Positions 18,621 to 27,000 of a DNA stretch of 56,971 bases are shown here, piece after piece. Origin of the DNA: a virus (lineage: Duplodnaviria; Caudoviricetes). Positions within the stretch are counted from its first letter, which is position 1. The number at the start of each line of letters is the position of its first letter. The notes beneath the pieces are model-generated. The model saw nothing but the letters and a program-made list of their open reading frames with translations. It did no database searches and was not told where the DNA came from. The stretch is from positions 1 through 56,971 of the IMG/VR virus record IMGVR_UViG_3300044630_000901; one strand, given 5' to 3'. The position numbers and the translations under genes are program-made.

Positions 18621-18895
18621 AAGCTCCCCTAGTCCCTGTTTTTGCCTTGCGGCAAGACGGCACTACGCTTAACGTGTACCATGCCGAAAAGGGGACTGGA
18701 CTGCCAAAGCACGAGCATACGTATTCACACTTGACGCTGTGTCATGCCGGGTCGCTGGTAGTGCGTAAAGAAGGCCGTGAACTGGTCATGACCAAAGACA
18801 CGCAGCCAGTCAACCTTGTAGCCGCAGAGTGGCATGAGATAGAGGCGTTGGAAGACGGGACTGTGTTTGTGAACGTGTTTTCTGAAAGCCGCTGA
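18617..18895 (+). CDS. Cupin-domain protein
   Basis: 'LPKHEHTYSH...AGS' and 'WHEIEALEDGTVFVN' cupin motifs. Confidence 0.8.
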   Translation: MKAPLVPVFALRQDGTTLNVYHAEKGTGLPKHEHTYSHLTLCHAGSLVVRKEGRELVMTKDTQPVNLVAAEWHEIEALEDGTVFVNVFSESR

Positions 18896-18912
18896 TCGCG
18901 CAAGGAACAACC

Positions 18913-20925
18913 ATGACTGCTGTAAACATAAAAGCATTTCGGGGTACGATCCCCCGCGTTGGCGAACGCCTGCTACCGCCAAACAACGCTTCGGTGGCAG
19001 TCAACTGCAAGATCACATCTGGCAACCTTGAGCCCATCGCTGGGCTTGGTCTGGTCTACTCAACTAATCGCAACATCAAGACCACATTCCGGTACCGCGC
19101 CTTCGTTGACGGAGCGTATACCGACAACTGGTTGACGTGGGAAGAAGATGTCAACGTAGTCCCATCACCTAACGCCAACGACCAGTATGGCCGTTTCTAC
19201 TTCACGAGCGAGTCATTCGAGCCGCGCATGTCTACGTACAGCTCGGCAATCACATCTGTGCCGTACCCAACTGCATGGTTCTCGCTAGGGACGGCTGCAC
19301 CAACGGTGGCTCCTTCAGTGGCCCATACAGGCGGCTCAGGTGATGTGGAGTCGCGCTCTTATGTATACACATACGTCACCGCATACGGTGAAGAGTCTCC
19401 CCCATCCCCTCCTTCTACTCTGTACACGGCAGCTGTCAACGCCACATGGAACCTGACCAGCATGCAGACGGCTCCCCCGAACACCGGGTCTCTGTCCGCC
19501 GCAGTGGCCGTTACGACCAACACAGTTGAGGTGACGCTGAACAGCGTGTTTGGCATCGCCCAGTACGACACATTGACCTTTGCTAGCGTAGCTGGCATGA
19601 CAGACCTGAACGGTTCTCATCGTGTTCAGTCGGTTAACGTCGCCACCAATAAAGTCATCGTGGCTCTAGCCACAGCACAGACCTACACATCGGGTGGAAC
19701 GTGGGCTCGCAACGCTCGCTTTAACACAACCGGTATGGTCAAGCGCATCTACCGTACAGTGGGCACCAGCGGCTTGTTCTTGTACGTCGGTGAAGTTCCT
19801 GTTGCCACTACGTCTTTCAACGACACCGTGGTCGCTGCTGACCTTGGTGAAGAGCTGCCAACTGCGGACTCTGCGCTACCACCCAAAAACCTGACGAGCC
19901 TTATCAGTCTGCCCAACGGCTGCTTGGCTGGCATCGCCGGTAACGAGCTGTGCTTCAGCGACCCGTACATGCCATACTCGTGGCCACTGCGTAACCGCTA
20001 CTCTTTCTCTGGCGTTGGCGTTGCAGCCGTTGCCGCCAGCAACTCGGTTATTGTTCTGACCGAGTCTTTCCCCATCCTGTATACAGGCTCTGACCCCGAA
20101 GGCATGAGCGGCAGTACTTTGGAGACCTACGCCCCTTGCGTGGCCAAACGTGGTGTTGTTGACGTTGGTGGCGGGGCCATATACCCCAGCTTCGACGGCT
20201 TGTGGCTCGTGTCTACCCAACAGGTGGAGTGCCTTACACGCAAGCTGTACCGCGAAGAAGAGTGGACTCTCCTCAACCCAGCCACGTTTGATGCCGCTCT
20301 TCACGACGGTCAGTACTACGCGGCCTATGCTGGCCAGACCAACAGCAAAATCCTAATCCTGAACATTGCAGAACCGGACAGCGTCACAGAAGTAGCTGAG
20401 CTCGCTGATGATGTGTACCGCAACGAACTCGACGGTAGGTTGTATGTAGCGCAGGGTAAAAAACTGTACGCTTGGGACAGCAACGTGGGCAGTAAATATG
20501 AGAGCGACTGGCGCAGCGTAGACATGCAGTTCCCAGCCCCAGTAAAGTTCTCCTCGGCACAGATTCACGCCGACTTTGCGGCGATTGTGCCCGTTGACAC
20601 ATCCCAGATAGCAGCCAACGAAGCGCTGATTACTTTAGGCGCTGACGCTGTATCTGGACATATAAACGGGTTCGAGGTGTTGTCTTTAGAGATCAATGGC
20701 AGCTACATCATTCCAACAGGCCTGAGCACGCCGCGCAAGGTTCAGTTCACTCTGTTCTCCCGTGACGTACCTGTCTTCACGAAGACTGTCACCTCGAATC
20801 GTTTCTTCCGCCTGCCAGCTGGTTTAGCCAGCGATGTGTACTCTGTTGGGATAAGCTCTTCTGTCAAGGTGTACAACGTCGCCATAGCTGAATCAGTTGA
20901 AGAGTTGTCGAAGGTATCTGCATGA
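18913..20925 (+). CDS. Tail nozzle / stabilisation protein (tail tubular protein B-like)
   Basis: 670 aa, beta-rich, 'ELCFSDPY.P.SWP'; precedes the GNAT and ejection genes as in podoviruses. Confidence 0.65.
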   Translation: MTAVNIKAFRGTIPRVGERLLPPNNASVAVNCKITSGNLEPIAGLGLVYSTNRNIKTTFRYRAFVDGAYTDNWLTWEEDVNVVPSPNANDQYGRFYFTSESFEPRMSTYSSAITSVPYPTAWFSLGTAAPTVAPSVAHTGGSGDVESRSYVYTYVTAYGEESPPSPPSTLYTAAVNATWNLTSMQTAPPNTGSLSAAVAVTTNTVEVTLNSVFGIAQYDTLTFASVAGMTDLNGSHRVQSVNVATNKVIVALATAQTYTSGGTWARNARFNTTGMVKRIYRTVGTSGLFLYVGEVPVATTSFNDTVVAADLGEELPTADSALPPKNLTSLISLPNGCLAGIAGNELCFSDPYMPYSWPLRNRYSFSGVGVAAVAASNSVIVLTESFPILYTGSDPEGMSGSTLETYAPCVAKRGVVDVGGGAIYPSFDGLWLVSTQQVECLTRKLYREEEWTLLNPATFDAALHDGQYYAAYAGQTNSKILILNIAEPDSVTEVAELADDVYRNELDGRLYVAQGKKLYAWDSNVGSKYESDWRSVDMQFPAPVKFSSAQIHADFAAIVPVDTSQIAANEALITLGADAVSGHINGFEVLSLEINGSYIIPTGLSTPRKVQFTLFSRDVPVFTKTVTSNRFFRLPAGLASDVYSVGISSSVKVYNVAIAESVEELSKVSA

Positions 20926-21116
20926 CCAAAGCTGCTATCCCAGCTGTACTGACTGGCAAGCCCGACTTGGATCGGGCGCTGGCTTCCATGAAGCAAAACA
21001 TCGACATCATCACGGCGCAGGCACGCAATGTACAGAGGCTTGAGCCCCTACCAGCCACAGCATCGCTGGCTGACGTGATTGAGCGCCTGAACGCTGTTGT
21101 GGCCAGACTGCAGTGA
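20922..21116 (+). CDS. Small hypothetical virion protein
   Basis: 64 aa, 'ASLADVIERLN', ATGA-coupled. Confidence 0.6.
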   Translation: MTKAAIPAVLTGKPDLDRALASMKQNIDIITAQARNVQRLEPLPATASLADVIERLNAVVARLQ

Positions 21117-21135
21117 TTGCGCCATAATGACGCCC

Positions 21136-21552
21136 ATGGCAGAACTCGTATTTGACCAACAAGACCTGATTGGCTCTTGGGTAGCTGACAAAGTGGGCCA
21201 TGGCGCTAGCTGGGGTAGTTTCTACGCTATTGGTGTTATGAGTGGTGGCCAAGTGCTCGCCGGGGTTGTCATCAACAACTACAACGGTGCCAATGCTACA
21301 TGCCACATTGCAATTGCCCAGCAAACTAAAGCGATCATTCCGCTGTTTAGAGCTGTCTGCGACTACGCGTTCAATTACTGCAAGCTCAAAAGATTGACTG
21401 GCATGGTTCCCTCAAATGAGCCTAAAATACTGGCATTTGACAAACACCTCGGGTTCGAGGAAGAGTTTGTTATGAAGGACGGTGCCCCCGGTGCCGACAT
21501 GCATGTTTTGGTAATGCGGCCCGACACCTGTCCGTGGCTGCGCAAGGAGTAA
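21136..21552 (+). CDS. GNAT-fold acetyltransferase-like protein
   Basis: 'YAF..CKLKRLTG.V..N..IL.FDKHLGFEEE' RimJ/L-like motif; start could also be 21127. Confidence 0.75.
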   Translation: MAELVFDQQDLIGSWVADKVGHGASWGSFYAIGVMSGGQVLAGVVINNYNGANATCHIAIAQQTKAIIPLFRAVCDYAFNYCKLKRLTGMVPSNEPKILAFDKHLGFEEEFVMKDGAPGADMHVLVMRPDTCPWLRKE

Positions 21553-21555
21553 ATC

Positions 21556-22371
21556 ATGGGCGGTAAATCAGGTCCTCCACCACCAGACTACAGCGCAATG
21601 GCTGCGGCCAACAAGTACGCTGCTGATGTGTCAGAAAAGCTAGGCACACGTCAAATGGACTTTGCTGAGCGCCAGTATGAGGAAATGAAACCTCTGGCAG
21701 AACGTGTTGCTGCGCAACAGATGGCTGCACAAGACCAACAAATGCGGCAAGCGCAGGAATACTACGACTACCAGACGGGCACGTTCCGACCAGTTGAACA
21801 GGGGCTTGTTAAGCAGGCCCAAGAGTTCGACACAGAAGCTTTCCGCGAACAGCTTGCGTCTCAGGCTGCTGCTGATACTGCCCGTGCGTTCGGTACCGCC
21901 GAAGGTGTGACAGCTCGTAACTTGGCTCGACGCGGTGTGGGCCCCGGCTCTGGTAACGCCATGGCCATGCAGAATCAAAACGCTCTGACCCTTGCATCGG
22001 CTCGTGCTGGTGCTGCCACAGGTGCTCGCGAACGAGCTGAACAAACGGGCTTCGCCCGTAAGCTGGACGTTGTTGGTCTTGGACGTAACCTGCCCGGAGC
22101 GTCTACCGCTGCGTACCAGAGTGCTACGGCTGCAGGCACCGCTGGAGCCAATACGGCTATGGCACCGGGTAATCAGTTCGCCGGAGCGTTTGGTCAAGGT
22201 GCCAACACAGTTATGGGCGGCGCTCAGATGGGCATTCAAGGCCAAGGCCAAATTCTCAATTCACAGACTTCTGTGTTCAACACTGCGCAGAGTAAGGCTG
22301 ATCCTCTGGCATCCATTGCCGGTATGGCAATTGGCGGTTGGGCTGGTGGCGGTTTTAAAGGGTTGGGTTAA
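21556..22371 (+). CDS. Internal virion / DNA ejection protein (small)
   Basis: A/G/Q-rich, 'MGGKSG' start, hydrophobic Gly-rich C-terminus; podovirus synteny. Confidence 0.65.
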   Translation: MGGKSGPPPPDYSAMAAANKYAADVSEKLGTRQMDFAERQYEEMKPLAERVAAQQMAAQDQQMRQAQEYYDYQTGTFRPVEQGLVKQAQEFDTEAFREQLASQAAADTARAFGTAEGVTARNLARRGVGPGSGNAMAMQNQNALTLASARAGAATGARERAEQTGFARKLDVVGLGRNLPGASTAAYQSATAAGTAGANTAMAPGNQFAGAFGQGANTVMGGAQMGIQGQGQILNSQTSVFNTAQSKADPLASIAGMAIGGWAGGGFKGLG

Positions 22372-22373
22372 TC

Positions 22374-23969
22374 ATGGCAGATTTCTTCAAAGGCCTCACC
22401 GGTGGCTTCCAGACCGGTCTCCAGTTGGGTCAGCAGTTGCGCCAGCGCCGTCAGGAGGACGAACTGGCCAAGGCGTACGCCAAGCCGGAAGAATTCACCG
22501 ACTACACTCCAGAGCAGATGCAACAGATTCAGGGCCTGCAGGCTTCTGGGGCCTACGACGTCACTGCTGTTCCGGGCGCTGAGGGCACTGCGCCAACGCT
22601 TCGGTACGTCCCGCGTCAGGGGCTGGACTTGCAAGGTGATATACCTGCTGCGGCTGGGATTGAGATTGCACCTCAGCGCGTTCAGCGTTACGGCACCCAG
22701 ACCGTCGCCGGTCAGTTTGATCCTACGGCTCTGCGTGGTTTGCAGATGAAGGAAGCTGCTCGTGTTTTGGGTAGCTACGGCGATGTTCGTGGCGCTGCTG
22801 CACTGGAAGCTCAAGCAGAAGAGCAAGCATACCAAGCCAAAAAGCGTCCACTAGAACTGGCTGGCTTGGAGCGTCAGGCTAAACTGGGTGATATTCAGCT
22901 GACTGAAGCTGAGCGAAACGCCGCTGCCAGCAAGCGACAGGAAGACTTTTCCATGTTCGCGGCTGAGCGCCCAGAGGCTACTGTGGCTGAGCTCAAGGAA
23001 GCTGCGTTCAAGCAGTTCAAGTTCACCCCCGATCAGTGGCAGAAGACTGTCACAACACGCCTTGGCATCGAGAATGCCGAGATGGACTCGTTCAAGAACA
23101 GCATCAAAAAGAAGCTGCAGGGCAAGAACCTTTCGCAGCTTGGTTCGTTGTACAACTCAGACCCTGACTTCGACGACAAGACTGACTTGGCCATCGTGCC
23201 CGGTAAGGGTGGCGCGGTTACGCTGAACTTTATCGACAAGGCTACAGGTCGTGTGTCCGGCTCACAATCGTTCAAGAGCGAAGCTCTGGCCACCGAGTAC
23301 CTGAACAAGCAAGCTACTGAGCCTGAGACCATTGGTTCTTGGATGATGAACCTGCGCAAAACTGAAGCCGCCATTGGTGCGAGCGAGGCTTCCACAGCTA
23401 AAGACAGAGCGCAGGCAAACCGTTACTCTCGGGATGAGGGCGAGAAAGGTCTGACCAAGAAAGTGGCTGACGTGGAAGCTAGCCTTGGTCGCAAACTGAC
23501 TGAGCCTGAAAAACTGACTCTGTTTGGACTCACATCCAAACCACGCGATGAAAAACCTGTCAAGGTTGAGGATGCTGGCGTTCAGTACAAAGTTGACGGC
23601 AAGTTAGTGCAGACTGACGGCATGGGCGGTTTCATCTCCGCCAAGGGTATCCTGCCAGAAGCACGACCAACTGTTTTGAAAGCAGCCGGGGTGTCAGACA
23701 ACAACATGAGTCGGTTGATGTGGAGCAATGACGGCGAAGCCGTAATGTTCAATAACGAAGAGTATGACGTCAAAGACAAGCGTGACATGGCCAAGCTGAA
23801 CAAAGCTTTAGAGGCTTACGACACGATGAACCGCAGCATTGCCGAGGAAGCACGGCTGAGGTCTAACCCCACAGGCCCATCTGGGTTTCAGGGTGCTCGT
23901 ACTACAGGTGTCGGCCCAGCTTCTACATATGGTGTTGCTCCGGGCGCTCAAAGCATTTACGGACGCTGA
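22374..23969 (+). CDS. Internal virion / DNA ejection protein (medium)
   Basis: 531 aa, helical, between the small and giant putative ejection proteins. Confidence 0.6.
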   Translation: MADFFKGLTGGFQTGLQLGQQLRQRRQEDELAKAYAKPEEFTDYTPEQMQQIQGLQASGAYDVTAVPGAEGTAPTLRYVPRQGLDLQGDIPAAAGIEIAPQRVQRYGTQTVAGQFDPTALRGLQMKEAARVLGSYGDVRGAAALEAQAEEQAYQAKKRPLELAGLERQAKLGDIQLTEAERNAAASKRQEDFSMFAAERPEATVAELKEAAFKQFKFTPDQWQKTVTTRLGIENAEMDSFKNSIKKKLQGKNLSQLGSLYNSDPDFDDKTDLAIVPGKGGAVTLNFIDKATGRVSGSQSFKSEALATEYLNKQATEPETIGSWMMNLRKTEAAIGASEASTAKDRAQANRYSRDEGEKGLTKKVADVEASLGRKLTEPEKLTLFGLTSKPRDEKPVKVEDAGVQYKVDGKLVQTDGMGGFISAKGILPEARPTVLKAAGVSDNNMSRLMWSNDGEAVMFNNEEYDVKDKRDMAKLNKALEAYDTMNRSIAEEARLRSNPTGPSGFQGARTTGVGPASTYGVAPGAQSIYGR

Positions 23970-24012
23970 TCGGCATGCGACAATGTCGCATGCAACAGAT
24001 TGAAGGGTATCT

Positions 24013-27000
24013 ATGTCACGCCGCCTGACCGACGAAGAAATTGCAGCGCGATACAGCCAGCAGTACCGAGTGGAAACCCCGGAAGCTGGTTTGTCGGAGT
24101 TAGGCGGCTCGGCCATAGATCGCCTGCAGGCCAAAGCTTATGGTTTGGTCGAGCCCTTGGGGCTCTCGCGTGACTACCGTCTGGCTCAAGAAGCTGAAGC
24201 TGAGCGCACATCCAATCGCTACTACGACACCAATCAGGGTGCCGTTGGCTCCTACAAAAACATCTCAGGCGTCGGTGACGTTGGTCGCTACGCAGCCGAG
24301 TTGGGGGTTCAGTCGCTCCCTGAAATTGTGCCTGTCGTTGGCGCTGGCCTTGTGGGCGGACCAGTCGCTGCTTTTGGTGTCGCAGGTCTCAGCGGTATTG
24401 GCGAAGTCATGCAGGCTCAACGCGAGCAAAGTGGTCGCACTGATTTGACGGCCATCCCTCTCGGCTTGGCCTATGGTGGCGTTGAAGCTGCCACTGGTAT
24501 CGTCGGCAAGCTGGCTGGTACTGGTATTCGCGCAGAACGTGCTGCGGCTGTTGCCAACCGTTACTTGGACAACCTAGGTGGCTTCACTGGCGGCGCAGCT
24601 CGCACAGGGGCTGCTGCTGGTCGCACTGGCTTCTCTGAGGCTGTTGGTGAAGTGGGTCAGGAGTACATCTCCAATGTAGGCCGTCTGGCTATCGACCCAC
24701 GCGTTGACCTGTTCAGCCCCGAAGCATTGAATGACTATGCTGAGTCTTTTGTTGGTGGTGGTCTGCTGGGCGGTCTGCTTGGTGGTGCTGCCGGTGGCTG
24801 GCGTCGCAGTCAGGGTTTCCGTGATTCCACTCGTGAGCGAGACCTGACCTCTTCCATGGCCGAACAAGAGCCAGAACTTCAGCGCCCACTGGATAGCCAG
24901 TTTGTTACCCAAGACCAGACTCTCGGCCTGCAGTCGTTCATCAACCAGAACGTGGGCGTAACTCGCCCCAAGCGCCGTGACTACGCAGCCCAGTTCAAGG
25001 CTGCATACGATGAGCCTACCGGCCAGTTCGTCAACGACCCAGAAACCGGCATTGAGCGCCCCCTGACAGTGGGCGAAGCCCTGCAGCGCTCGCAGGCTCC
25101 ACTGGACATGACGCAGGAAAAACCTGCTGATGCAGCAGCTACTGCTCAAGTGGTTGCCAACACAGTGCGCGACCCACGCTCGTACGAGCTGCGCGATACG
25201 TTTGGCGTCATCCCCACCCCATCTTCTTTGCAACTGTACTCAGACATTCAGGCTTCTGGTTTGCCAGTAGATTCCGATATGCTGGTAGGTGTGTGGGCGT
25301 ACGCCGGTGAAAAGCCGATGACACCCAAGCGTCTGGAAAAAGCGCAGCAGTTGCTGGATGCTGCCATCATTGAAGCTCGCAAGGAGGCACCAAGTGGCAC
25401 AGGAATTTCTACTGTACAGCAGCCTGCAGGAAGCGTGGGAGTCGGGAGCCCTGTCGTTCAAGGAGGTCTGGGAGATGCAGGACGCCCTGCTCCTGTCGCA
25501 GGAGCAGTGGTCGGAGGTGCCCCAGCAGCTGGAGCCCCACTTCAACAAGCTGGCGTTCTTCCAATCACTGCCGGAGAACCGGCTACCCCTGTAACTACGA
25601 CTGCCCCTGCAGCCGCCCCCGCGCCGGAGACTCGTTTCCGTCGTGCCCCTAGACCAATGACAGTTTTGGAAGCCGCAAATGCCGCTAAAGCCGCTCAAGC
25701 CCAGCAAACAGAAACGCAAGGACAAACGGCACCTGCCGCCGCAGGACCAGTCGTAGACGAACGCCAAGCCGTTCTGCAGCAAATCTTTGGCACCCGCGAC
25801 GGTGACATCATTTTTGACGTGGTGGGTATGGGCATGTCCGAGCCAGAAGCTGCTGCCAAGTATGGTCTGGCTCGTCAGACTATTCAAAAGATTGCTGGTG
25901 CTACCGGTGCCGAGCAGCGTGCCGCGAAGATTCAGCGTGCCAAGGCTCAAAAAGGCATTACTGACGAGCAGATCGCTACAGCGTTTCAGGTTGCCCCGCA
26001 GGAAGAACTAGGCTCCGAGGTAGAGCGCGACATTTTTGGCGCTGGTGCCGCTCAAGGTGCCATCACAGAAGGCGAGGCCATTGAAGCTGGCCTTGAGAAC
26101 ATTGTCAAGACTGCCGGGGCTGGAACCTCAGAGGTTGAAGGCTTTACCAAGCTGGACAAAGCTGTAATGACTGTGTTGGAGCGAATCGCTAGCTTGCGAG
26201 ATGCCGTGTCCAAAGCCAAGAGCGAAGCAGAACTGACGGGGCTAAAAACCAAGCTACAAGAGGCACAAGACAATTTGGCTGGCTTGACTGAAAAAGTCAA
26301 ATCCGTTGAGAAAAAAGCTCAGGGTGAAGTGCGTCGCACTGCTGGCAAAGTAACCGAACCAACTGTTGAAGGAGAAGCTGATGCCGTTCAAGTCGAAAGC
26401 CCAGCAGGGGTATCTGTTCAGCCAGAAGCCGGAACTGGCGAAAAAGTGGGCCGACAAGTACGGGGTGCCAAAAAGCCTGCCGCAGAAGGTAAAGCCCAAG
26501 TCCCAGCCAAAGTCCTCACCGAAGCCGAGCAAGCCGCCCAAGCGTGGGATGTAGTCGTTGCTGACTATCCACAGGCTCCCAAGTTTGCTGAACTGACAAA
26601 GGCTCAGCAGCAGGACTTCATTGAGTTTGGCCCCGGCAACTGGGAGCGCGGTGACGTTGAGCTTGAGCTGACCAAGTTGGCCAAGGCTGGCATGAAGTTT
26701 GGTACTGAAGCAGCACCAGCACAAGACCGCGAGCCCTACACAGCCAAACAATTGCTGGCTGAGCTCAAAGCGTTTATTCGTGCTGACATTCCTAAGCGCA
26801 AGCTGATGGTTGTGGGTAGCGTGGCTGACTTGCTGACGTCTCCAGACGCAAAAATCCGAGCTGTTGGTGCCGCGTTGCAGCTGCAAGGGGCATACGGCGT
26901 GGCCGTAGATGGTCGTGCGTTCTTGATTGCAAACCGAATCAAGCAAGGTTCTGGTCGGGCCAAGTTCATGCACGAAGTTGGTGGCCACTTGGGTCTGGAC

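Noticed and set aside
25787-26011. Third +1-frame ORF in the giant gene
   Set aside because: No SD, typical off-frame composition (L/S/R/W-rich), and the main frame looks well formed here.
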